Positions 1 through 14,236 of a DNA stretch of 64,000 nucleotides are shown piece by piece. The position numbers and the translations under genes are program-made. The notes below the pieces were generated by a model, which saw nothing but the letters and a program-made list of their open reading frames with translations, ran no database searches and was not told where the DNA came from. This DNA is from Eledone cirrhosa (Eukaryota), in the NCBI GenBank assembly GCA_964016885.1, contig OZ024743.1, positions 8,804,001 through 8,868,000 on the forward strand, read 5' to 3'. The stretch's first letter is position 1. Each line of letters starts with the position of its first letter.

Positions 1-140
1 AGATGGTGTGGCGAGGGGAGACACATATGCATGGGTGACTCCTGGTCTTCTATAAACAACCTTGCCTGGACTTGTGACTTGTGCCTTGGAAAGGAAACTT
101 TCTATGCAAATCTCATGGTCATTCCTGACCGAAGGGGATC
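1..140 (+). mobile_element. 3' part of a tRNA-derived SINE (same family as 38298-38615)
   Basis: Aligns by eye to 38478-38612 (gcatgggtga..ctggtcttc..caaacaa..ttgcc..gacttgtgcct..ggaaactttcta..catggtcatt..gac.ga.gggg). Confidence 0.6.
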
Positions 141-1388
141 CCTTACTCTTTATATATATATATATATATATCATCATTTAACGTCTATCTTCCACGCTAG
201 TATGGATTATATGAGTTTGTACCATTTGAAGCAAGTTTGGCCGGGTGATCGTGTCTCGTTTGTATAGGACTGTTTCTATATATATAATTATACATACTGT
301 AAACGTGGTTGGTGTTATGAAGGGCATCCAGCTGTAGAAAACCTGCCAGACAGTCCTATATAAGCGAGACATGGTCACCCAACCAATCTTGCCTCAAGTG
401 GGACAATTCCCGTCTAAACCCATGCTAGCGATGATGATGATACATAGTATACGAAAGTCATCGAATTTATTTCAGTGTTTTCTGGCCATTACCCACATAC
501 TCAGTGAGATAATAAGCTTGTTGTTGAGGAACTGCACCTTATCATAAAGAGTGCACACAGTTACTATCATGGCCGTGTTTTGGTAATGATACCTCCTTAT
601 CATATTTATATATATACATATACCGTGTACCCCCGACATTCGTGGGAAGTTTCCATGGATACCTAACTAATAGTTGTTCGTGGAAACCACCACATATTCG
701 CGGAATCAGAAATATCTTCCGCAATTTTTTTGTGGCAATAAATATTTTTTCATGCTTTTTTAACGCTAAATTATTAATCAGGTACTCATCAGAGGTTTAG
801 TCTCACCATTCTAAGGGAAATATAGAATGAAGATGGTAAATAAAACAATATACCTGTGAATATCTACAGCTGATGAGTCTCATGTGGGTTAATCTTCGAT
901 GATCGATTATATTGATTGATTTTTTTCGATGATCGATTACATAGATAGATTTTTGGCCACACTTTCCAGGTATGAAATAGCGCTATAAGGTTTCACTTAC
1001 AATTCCAGCTCCGTGCATATTCTTCTCTAGAATATTTACTTGGTATATTTGCAATATATTGTGTTTCTTTTACGATATATGGTTCTTTCTCTCTATATAA
1101 ACCCATGCTAGCGTGGAAGATAGACGTTAAACGATGATAATGATGATGATAGACATATATCTTTGCATTTGGTTATTACGGCTCTAGATAAAGTCTATCT
1201 ATCTCTAGATAAAGTCTATTGAATTTACTTGTTGAGAATTCAACATATTTGATGTTTTGATTCATTATATTTACACGTATATATATATATATATGTATGT
1301 ATGTACAGATATATATATATGTATATATGTATGTATGTACATATATATATATATATATGTATGTACAAATATATATATATATGTATGT

Positions 1389-1429
<41 letters not shown>

Positions 1430-1536
1430 CATATATATATGTATGTACATATATATATGTATGTACATAGATACATATATATATTTATGTACATAGATAT
1501 ATATATATATCTGTATGTACATATATATATATATAT

Positions 1537-2100
1537 AACTTGATCTGTTTCGGCCAGTATTGGCCCAGGCTATGTCTAACTTAATAGCACCACCTGTCGA
1601 AGTTTTACAAATCAGGTTTTGGGCACCATGGCCCACTCGAGCAGAGAGTTATTGTTTACGGAGGCATATCCGGGTGTAGCAGGCTTATCCGGGATTTCTT
1701 GAAGGGATTTGTCCAAAGACTTCTTGAACTTGATGGGGTCTGTTTCTGTTTTGGTGTAATGTTAAAGAGAGCAGGGCCAATTGAGGTGAAATAATTGAGC
1801 CGTATTGTTGTTATGAAATGCGAGTGAGATTTTTGTATGGGATGGATAGCACGGGGTCCTAGCCTTGGGTGTACATTAAAGGTGATGCCAACATCATTTG
1901 GGCAAAGCTGATGGAATATTTTCCACATCATGCAGATAATGTAACGCTCACGGCAACGCTGGAGAGAATAAAGGTTGAGCTTTTCTAATCGACTCCAATA
2001 GTCAAGGCCTGTCATGCACTCTATCTTTTTTGTAATCGATCTTTGGGGTGCTTCAAATTTCATGATACTTTGTTTCGTGTGGGGAGACCACAGTGGAAAA
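1537..2100 (-). mobile_element. CR1-group LINE 3' fragment (5'-truncated)
   Basis: ORF 1656..2144 peptide PLWSPHTKQSIMKFEAPQR...LYSLQRCRERYII matches the C-terminus of the element at 14237-17980; same 3'UTR; flanked by (TA)n and (CA)n. Confidence 0.9.
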
Positions 2101-2108
2101 ATATATAT

Positions 2109-2181
<73 letters not shown>

Positions 2182-2182
2182 T

Positions 2183-2460
2183 AATAAAGTTAAATAAAAG
2201 TCAAATGATTAAAATTTAGCTTCGTTTATTACTGCTATATATATTTCAGTGACAGCCATCTTTGGCTGTGACCTCTTCAGGCAAGATGGCTGTCACTGAA
2301 ATATATATAGCAGTAATAAACGAAGCGAAATTTTAATTATTTGACTTTTATTTAACTTTATTTTACACTACTCCGGAGTAACCAAACCAACCTGCGCACT
2401 TCGTCGAGTGCTCCAGCCTGCATACTGAGGTGTTGGTATACAACCAACATAAACTCAAAA
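2183..2460. mobile_element. Short fold-back element, ~80-bp inverted arms (2183-2262 / 2283-2362) plus tail; Penelope-like pLTR or retrozyme remnant
   Basis: Near-perfect inverted repeat with a 20-nt spacer, containing a hammerhead core and bounded by (TA)n arrays on both sides. Confidence 0.7.
2232..2284 (-). ncRNA. Minimal type I hammerhead ribozyme motif
   Basis: Minus strand: ttgc-CTGAAGA-ggtcacagcc(aaagat)ggctgtcact-GAAA-tatata-TA-gcag. Stem II 10 bp with one mismatch, palindromic stem III, 4-bp stem I. Confidence 0.7.
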
Positions 2461-2471
2461 TATATATGTAC

Positions 2472-2541
<70 letters not shown>

Positions 2542-2563
2542 TCATCATCATCATATGTATATA

Positions 2564-2614
<51 letters not shown>

Positions 2615-2667
2615 GTATATATATATATATGTATATATATGTATATATATATATATGTATATATATG

Positions 2668-2698
<31 letters not shown>

Positions 2699-2874
2699 GT
2701 ATATATATGTATATATATATATATGTATATATATGTATATATATATATATGTATATGTATATATGTATATATATATATATGTATATGTATATATGTATAT
2801 ATATATATATGTATATATATGTATATATATATATATGTATATGTATATATATATATGTATATATATGTATATAT

Positions 2875-2906
<32 letters not shown>

Positions 2907-2985
2907 GTATATGTATATATATGTATATGTATATATGTATATATATATATATGTATATATATGTATATATATATATATGTATATG

Positions 2986-3016
<31 letters not shown>

Positions 3017-3089
3017 GTATATGTATATATATGTATATATATATATATATATGTATATATATGTATATATATGTATATATATATATATA
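2461..3089. repeat. Degenerate (TA)n/(TATATG)n microsatellite
   Basis: Direct reading; includes an isolated (ATC)n run near 2538-2552. Confidence 0.95.
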
Positions 3090-3203
3090 GACAGCCCTAT
3101 GCGAGCAAGACAATCACTCTTGCCTCAAGTGGGACTACCCCCGTCCAAACCCATGCAAGCGTGGAACACGGACGTTAAACGTTGATGATGATGATGATGA
3201 TGA
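3090..3203 (+). mobile_element. RTE LINE (family A) 3' tip with (GAT)n tail
   Basis: Nearly identical to the last ~95 nt of the RTE 3'UTR at 31328-31420. Confidence 0.85.
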
Positions 3204-3205
3204 TG

Positions 3206-3240
<35 letters not shown>

Positions 3241-3251
3241 GTATATATATG

Positions 3252-3285
<34 letters not shown>

Positions 3286-3420
3286 TATATATATGTATAT
3301 ATATATGTATATATATATATATATGTATGTATATATACGTTATTCCGGGTTGAATCGGAGGTAACCACAGTAAGTAAGGTACTCAATACATAGCAGAGTA
3401 TAAAAGTTTTAATATAGATT

Positions 3421-3471
3421 AGATTCTACAGGACTAGAACTGTTTCATTCTTTAGAAATCATCAGGAATCT
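3421..3471 (-). ncRNA. Type I hammerhead ribozyme motif within a non-coding island (3337-3960)
   Basis: Minus strand: agattc-CTGATGA-tttc(taaa)gaat-GAAA-cag(ttctagtc)ctg-TA-gaatct. Stem I 6 bp, stem III 3 bp plus A-U; the stem II closing pair is U-U, so possibly degenerate. Confidence 0.7.
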
Positions 3472-3964
3472 GGGTATCAAAAAATAAAAATGGTATTTAT
3501 AGGTCTCTACAAGTGGTAGGAGAGGGTGGGGAGTGGGATGGGTGTAGGTCATTGGTTGATAGAAAAGGGAATTCATTAAAAGCTAATTCTACAAAGCTAT
3601 AGTTTATTTTTATTTATTTATGTTTTTAGAGTAACAAGGGCAGACAGAATTCTATAAACAGGTTCCGGATGGCATACCATTCCTTGTCATTAAGTTTCTC
3701 TTAAGCTAACAGATGTCTATAAGATCAGTGGGGGGTCAGTCATGGTCGATAGAATTAAAGAAAAGGGAGATTCTTTAAAAGCTAAAATCATTAAGGTTCT
3801 ACCAAGTGACAAAGGTTTAGAGAATTCTGTAGACAGATTCAAAATACTGAGTGCATATCTTACAATTATCTTCGAACTTCTCTTAAACTAATCAACTATA
3901 TGCCAAAAATCAACAGACACATTCACAAAAAAACCTACTCACTCACACACTCACGCGCAACCAT

Positions 3965-4053
3965 AAACACACATACATATACACATATACACACATAAAA
4001 ACACACACACATATATATAAATATATTTATATACATACATATACATACACACA

Positions 4054-4116
<63 letters not shown>

Positions 4117-4158
4117 CATACACACACACACACATATAAATACATACACACACACATA

Positions 4159-4190
<32 letters not shown>

Positions 4191-4268
4191 TATATATGTA
4201 TATATATATATATATATGTATATATATGTATATATATATATATATGTATATATATGTATATATATATG

Positions 4269-4299
<31 letters not shown>

Positions 4300-4305
4300 G
4301 TATAT

Positions 4306-4395
<90 letters not shown>

Positions 4396-4414
4396 TATAT
4401 ACATATATATATAC

Positions 4415-4458
<44 letters not shown>

Positions 4459-4465
4459 GTATATA

Positions 4466-4502
<37 letters not shown>

Positions 4503-4529
4503 GTATATATATATGTATATATATATATA
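3965..4529. repeat. (CA)n/(TA)n/(TATG)n compound microsatellite
   Basis: Direct reading. Confidence 0.95.
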
Positions 4530-4874
4530 TCATCATTTCATCATTTCATTTTACGTCCGCTTTTTCCCTGCTTGCAAGGGTGGGACGGGAACTGATGCTG
4601 GCTTGATTTCTACAGCTGGATGCCCTTCCTAACACCAACCTCATTTACAGTGAGTGCTGGGTGCTTTTTTGTCGTGGCACCTCCACGTCCACTTTGCAGT
4701 GGAATGATAGGGACCCCAGTCCCCTATCATCTCATTTCTACAGCTGAGTAAACTGGAGCAATGTGAAATCAAGTGTCTTGCTCAAGGAAACAACACATCA
4801 CCCGGTCTGAGAATTGAACTCACAACCTTTCGATTGCAAGGGCCAATGCTCTAACCACTAAGCCATGTGCCTCC
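4530..4874 (-). mobile_element. Full-length tRNA-derived SINE with RTE-derived tail
   Basis: Reverse complement of 12524-12869 with few substitutions. Confidence 0.9.
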
Positions 4875-6334
<1,460 letters not shown>

Positions 6335-6335
6335 T

Positions 6336-7205
6336 AGCCCCCTACTATTTGTTATTGCCCTTCAGACTATAACAGTGGAGTTCAAGACCGGCTGCCCATG
6401 GGAACTCCTATACTCAGATGATCTAACGCTCATAGCTGAATCAATGGCCGAGCTAGAGAAGAAATTCCAAACATGGAAGCACGGCCTAGAATCAAAAGGC
6501 CTCAAAATTAACCTGGCTAAGACTAAAGTTCTAGTTTGTAGGAAAGAAAATAGGGCGCCGGTCCCTTCCGGGAAATGGCCATGCTCAGTGTGTAGGAAAG
6601 GCGTAGGTAGAAACTCCATTTTATGTCCCAAATGCAAAGTATGGGTGCATAAAAGATGTAGTGGGATCACAGGTAAGCTAACTAAGAACATAGATTTTAC
6701 ATGTGGCCGGTGCTCTGGTGCAATAAGTAGCAGCAAGTTCCCACAAAATAATAGCTCTTTCAATTGCGCAGAGGGTTCTATATAAATAGTGGACAGCTTC
6801 CATTACCTGGGTGACAAAATCAGCAGTGGGGGAGGGTGCTCTGAAAGTACAGTAGCTAGAGTCAGAACTGGATGGAAAAAGCTCAGAGAGCTTATACCAC
6901 TATTAGCTGCTAAAGGGTTCTCCCTAAAAATGAAAGGCAGGTTGTACGATGCCTGCATACGAACAGCAATGTTGCATGGCAGTGAGACCTGGGCATTGTG
7001 TGCAGAGGATATACGCAGACTAGAGAGGAACGAAGCTTGCATGCTCCGCTGGATGTGTAATAGTAATATACGTGAACAGCAAAGCATTAACTTACTAAGG
7101 GAAAAATTAGAAATAAGAGGGATCAGATGTTGTTTACTCGAGAGAAGGCTACGTTGGTATGGTCACGTGATGCGCATGAAAGAGGACAGCTGTATAAAAA
7201 AGTGC

Positions 7206-7207
<2 letters not shown>
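6336..7207 (+). mobile_element. RTE LINE family A internal ORF2 fragment (RT C-terminal half, PHD-like finger); no 3' end
   Basis: [10 protein letters not shown]...LYSDD...CSVC..CPKC..H..C..CGRC...LRWYGHV matches 29905-30775; in-frame stop near 6783; both ends run into TA arrays. Confidence 0.92.
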
Positions 7208-7238
<31 letters not shown>

Positions 7239-7356
7239 GTATATATATATATATATGTATATTTATATGTATATATATATGTATATATATATGTATATAT
7301 ATATGTTATAGAATGCCGTTAGCTTCTTGCTAAAACAATCTCTATACCTCTCATTT

Positions 7357-7389
7357 ATATGTATATATATATATGTATATATATATATG

Positions 7390-7420
<31 letters not shown>

Positions 7421-7889
7421 GTATATATATATGTGTATATATATATATATGTGTATATGTATATATATATATATGTATATATATATGTATATATATATAT
7501 ATGTATATATATATGTATATATATATATATGTATATATATATGTATATATATGTATATATATATATATATGTATATATATATGTATATATATATGTATAT
7601 ATATATGTATATATATATATATATGTATATATATATGTATATATGTATGTATATATATATATGTATGTATATATATATGTATATATATATGTATGTATAT
7701 ATGTATGTATACATATATGTATATATGTATGTATATATGTATGTATATATATATGTATATATGTATGTATATATATATGTATATATGTATGTATATATAT
7801 ATGTATGTATATATATATGTATATATGTATGTATATATATATGTATATATATATGTATATATATATGTATGTATATATATATGTATATA

Positions 7890-7932
<43 letters not shown>

Positions 7933-8225
7933 GTATATATATATATATGTATATATATATGTATATATATATATATGTATGTATGTATATATGTATGTAT
8001 GTATATATATATGTATATATATATATATGTATGTATGTATATATATATGTATATATATATGTATGTATGTATATATATATGTATATATATATATATGTAT
8101 GTATGTATATATATATGTATGTATATATATATGTATGTATGTATATATATATGTATGTATATATATATGTATATATATATATATGTATATATATATATGT
8201 ATATATATATATGTATATATATATG

Positions 8226-8260
<35 letters not shown>

Positions 8261-8273
8261 GTATATATATATG

Positions 8274-8308
<35 letters not shown>

Positions 8309-8309
8309 G

Positions 8310-8364
<55 letters not shown>

Positions 8365-8400
8365 GTATATATATATGTATATATATATATATATGTATAT
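7357..8400. repeat. ~1 kb (TA)n/(TATG)n microsatellite
   Basis: Direct reading. Confidence 0.97.
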
Positions 8401-8907
8401 AAAGGGTTTCTCCCTGCGTACGAAAGGCCGGTTGTATGATGCCTGTGTGAGGAGCGCGATGCTGCATGGTAGTGAGACATGGGCAGCTACCGCAGAAAAT
8501 ATGCGACGGCTGGAGAGAAATGAGGCAAGCATGCTCCGTTGGATGTGCAGTGTAAATGTGCGTGAACGACCCAGCATAAATGTGTTGAGAGAGAAACTGT
8601 GTCTGAGAGGGATAGAATGTAGTGTACGGGAGAGGAGACTGAGGTGGTATGGACATGTGATGCGCATGGAGGATGACCGATGGGTGAAGAAGTGCCAGGA
8701 AATGCCAGTTGAAGGAAGACGTAGTAGAGGTAGACCACGAAAAACATGGGCGGAGGTGGTGAGAACAGACCTCAGATCATTGAAGCTCACGGTGGAGATG
8801 ACGAGGGACCGTGACGAGTGGAGAGATGCTGTGCTGAATAAGACCCGTCCCACCCTTGCAAGCAGGGAAAAGCGGACGTAAAATGATGATGATGATGATG
8901 ATGATGA
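8401..8907 (+). mobile_element. RTE LINE family B 3' end (ORF runs to the tail, essentially no 3'UTR), (TGA)n tail
   Basis: [27 protein letters not shown]...[10 protein letters not shown]...RGRPRKTW; stop at 8879-8881 followed directly by (tga)n. Homologous to but diverged from family A. Confidence 0.92.
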
Positions 8908-8993
8908 TATATGTATGTATATATATATGTATATATATATGTATATGTATATGTATATATATATATATATCGATATATGTATATATATATGTA

Positions 8994-10788
8994 TCATCAT
9001 CATCATCATCAACGTTTAACGTCCGTGTTTCACGCTTGCATGGGTTTGGACGGGGGTTTTCCCACTTGAGGCAAGAGTGATGATTGTCTTGCTCGCATAG
9101 GACTGTCTGGCAGGTTTTCTACAGTTGGATGCCCTTCCTAACACCAACCACATTTACAGTGTGTGTCTGGGAGGTTTTTACCGTGTTGCCTACACGGCCA
9201 CATTACAGAGTGGACTGTGTGTTTTTTTGTCGTGACACCTACACGATCTCATTTGTTTTGGCCTGGATGTTGTGGCACCAACATAACTTTACATTGAAAG
9301 GGGTGGTGTGGATGGGGTGTGGGTAGTGGGATGGGGGTGTATTTTGTTAGAGATGCCTACTGACTGTAGTAGGTTTTACTTTGTATTTAGGTAAGGCGTG
9401 TCTTCTCTATTACTGAGTACCGCCAAAGGTCTCGGTCCAGTGACATTGTCTTGGTGAGGTGTAAGTGTGTGAGGTCGGAGTTTATCAGCTCGTTCCAGGT
9501 TTTTCTGGGTCTGCCTATTCCGTGGCTACCGTGTATCTTTATTGCCCTGCACTTTGTTATACAGCTATCGTCCTTCATGCGCATCACGTGACCATACCAA
9601 CGTAGCCTTCTCTCTAGTAAACAACATCTGATCCCTCTTATTTCTAATTTTTTCCTTAGTTCGTTTATGCTTTGTCGTTCACGTATATTACTGTTACACA
9701 TCCAGCGGAGCATGCAAGCTTCGTTTCTCTCTAGTCTGCGTATATCCTCTGCACACAATGCCCAGGTCTCACTGCCATGCAACATTGCTGTTCGTATGCA
9801 GGCATCGTACAACCTACCTTTCATTTTTAGGGAGAACCCTTTAGCGGCTAATAGTGGAATAAGCTCTCTGAACTTTTTCCACCCAGTTCTGACTCTAGCT
9901 ACTGTACTTTCAGAGCACCCTCCCCCACTGCTGATTTTGTCACCCAGGTAACGGAAGCTGTCCACTATTTCTATAGAACCCTCTGCGCAGTTGAAAGAGC
10001 TAGTATTTTGTGGGCACTTGCTACTACTTATTGCACCAGAACACCGGCCACATGTAAAATCTATGTTCTTAGTTAGCTTACCTGTGATCCCACTACATCT
10101 TTTATGAACCCAAACTTTGCATTTGGGACACAAAATGGAAATTCTACCTACGCTTTTCCTACACTCTGCACATGGCCACCTCCCGGAGGGGACCGCCGCC
10201 TTATTTTCTGTCTTACAAACTAGAACTTTAGTCTTAGCCAGGTTAATTTTAAGGCTTTTTGATTCTAGGCCGTGCTTCCATGTTTGGAATTTCTTCTCTA
10301 GCTCGGCCATTGATTCAGCTATGAGCGTTAGATCATCTGCGTATAAGTTCCCATGGGCAGCCGGTCTTGAACTCCACTGTTATAGCCTGGAGGGCAATAA
10401 TAAATAGTAGGGGGCTAAGAACAGAGCCCTGATGAGCACCAACTTTTACACTAAACTCTTCACTATATTCGTTGTTAATTCTAACCTTGCTGACTGTTTC
10501 TTTATACATGGCTTGTATAGCTCTCACAAGCCATTCATCAACACCTAGTTTTCTAAGAGCCCACCAGATAATGGAACGGGGGACTCTGTCGAAAGCCTTC
10601 TCCAAGTCGACGAAAGCTAAGTATAGGGGTTTACTTTTAGCTAGGTACTTCTCCTGTAGTCGTCGTACAATGAAAAGAGCGTCTGTGGTACTTTTTCCTG
10701 ACACAAACCCGAACTGCATTTCATCTAGATCAATTCGCTCTCTGATTAGTTGCGCTATTACTTTTTCCGTGACCTTCATGACCTTCAT
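8994..10788 (-). mobile_element. RTE LINE family A, 5'-truncated, frameshifted just before the YADD motif
   Basis: ORFs 10333-10788 ([17 protein letters not shown]) and 9387..10310; 3'UTR 9010-9386; (ATC)n tail at 8994-9010. Confidence 0.95.
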
Positions 10789-10847
10789 ATATATATTTAT
10801 ATATATATATGTATATATATATGTATATATATGTATATATATATATA

Positions 10848-10900
<53 letters not shown>

Positions 10901-10963
10901 GTATATATATATATATAAGTATATATATATGTATATATATATATATATAAGTATATATATATG

Positions 10964-11030
<67 letters not shown>

Positions 11031-11125
11031 GTATATATATGTATATATATATATATATGTGTATATATATATATGTGTATATATATGTGTATATATATAT
11101 GTATATATATATATATATGTATATG

Positions 11126-11156
<31 letters not shown>

Positions 11157-11269
11157 GTATATGTATATATATATATGTATATATGTATATATATATATAT
11201 GTGTATATATATATGTGTATATATATATGTGTATATATATGTGTATATATATATGTGTATATGTCTATG

Positions 11270-11300
<31 letters not shown>

Positions 11301-11398
11301 GTATATATATATATGTATGTATATATATATATGTATATATATACATATATATATATATATACATATATATATACATATATATATACATATATATATAC

Positions 11399-11431
<33 letters not shown>

Positions 11432-11432
11432 C

Positions 11433-11463
<31 letters not shown>

Positions 11464-11502
11464 CATATATACATATATATATATATATACATATATATAT
11501 AC

Positions 11503-11535
<33 letters not shown>

Positions 11536-11580
11536 CATATATATATACACATATATATATTTATACACATATATATATAC

Positions 11581-11627
<47 letters not shown>
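10789..11627. repeat. (TA)n microsatellite with a switch from G-variants to C-variants at ~11340
   Basis: TATATG-type units to ~11340, TATACA-type units afterwards. Confidence 0.95.
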
Positions 11628-11628
<1 letters not shown>

Positions 11629-12270
11629 TAGAAATAAGAGGGATCAGATGCTGTTTACTTGAGAGAAGACTACGTTGGTATGGTCACGTGATGCGCATGA
11701 AAGAAGACAGCTGTATAAAAGTGCATGGCAATAAAAATAGATGGTAACCACAGAGTAGGCAGACCCAGAAAAACCTGGGATGACTTGATAAATTCCGACC
11801 TCACACACTTACACCTCTCCAAGACAATGTCACTGGACCGAGAGCTTTGGCGCTACACAGTAATAGAGAAGACCCGCCTTACCTAAGTACAAAGTGAAAC
11901 CTTCTACAGTCAGTAGGCATCTCTAACAAAATACACCCCCATCCCACTACCCACACCCCATCCACACCACCCCTTTCAATGTAAAGTTATGTTGGTGCCA
12001 CAACATCCAGGCCGAAATAAATGAGGTCGTGTAGGTGTCACGACTAAAAAACACACAGTCCACGCTGTAATGTGGCCGTGTAGGCAACACGGTAAAAACC
12101 TCCCAGTCCCACACTGTAAATGTGGTTGGTGTTAGGAAGGGCATCCAACTGTAGAAAACCTGCCAGACAGTACAATGCGAGCAAGACAACCACTCTTGCC
12201 TCAAGTGGGAAAACTCCCGTCCAAACCCATACAAGCGTGGAACATGGACGTTAAACGATGATGATGATGA
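11628..12270 (+). mobile_element. RTE LINE family A 3' fragment with 3'UTR and (GAT)n tail
   Basis: [21 protein letters not shown] and 3'UTR matching 30677-31450 (single-copy UTR variant). Confidence 0.93.
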
Positions 12271-12376
12271 TATATATATATACATATATATATATATATG
12301 TATATATATATATGTATACATATATATGTATACATATATATGTATATATATATGTGTATATATATATGTGTATATA

Positions 12377-12435
<59 letters not shown>

Positions 12436-12523
12436 GTATATATATATATGTATATATATATGTATATATATAAATGTATATATATATATGTATATATATA
12501 TGTATATATATAAATGTATATAT

Positions 12524-12869
12524 GGAGGCACATGGCTTAGTGGTTAGAGCATTGGGCTTGCAATCGAAAGGTTGTGAGTTCAATTCTCAGACCGGGTGAT
12601 GTGTTGTTTCCTTGAGCAAGACACTTTATTTCACATTGCTCCAGTTTACTCAGCTGTAGAAATGAGATGATAGGGGCTGGGGTCCCTATCATTCCACTGC
12701 AAAGTGGTCGTGGAGGTGCCACGGCAAAAAAGCACCCAGCACTCACTGTAAATGAGGTTGGTGTTAGGAAGGGCATCCAGCTGTAGAAATCAAGCCAGCA
12801 TCAGTTCCCGTCCCACCCTTGCAAGCAGGGAAAAAGCGGACGTAAAATGAAATGATGATGAATGATGAT
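12524..12869 (+). mobile_element. Full-length (~345 bp) tRNA-derived SINE
   Basis: A box TGGCTTAGTGG, B box GTTCAATTC, CORE-like ccttgagcaagacacttt..., 3' end essentially identical to RTE-B 8843-8890, (TGA)n tail. Confidence 0.92.

Positions 12870-14236
<1,367 letters not shown>

Noticed and set aside
625-798. Complete minus-strand hammerhead with long stem II ending GAAAC...GTC
   Set aside because: Five extra nucleotides lie between stem II and GAAA, and stem I has only ~3 bp.
10789-11627. Rule linking microsatellite G/C polarity to element orientation
   Set aside because: The symmetric switch at ~11340 fits the two flanking RTEs, but the plus-strand copies at 6336 and 8401 have the opposite polarity upstream.
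12524-12600. tRNA gene
   Set aside because: A and B boxes are present but there is no proper acceptor stem, and the sequence continues into a repeated SINE body.
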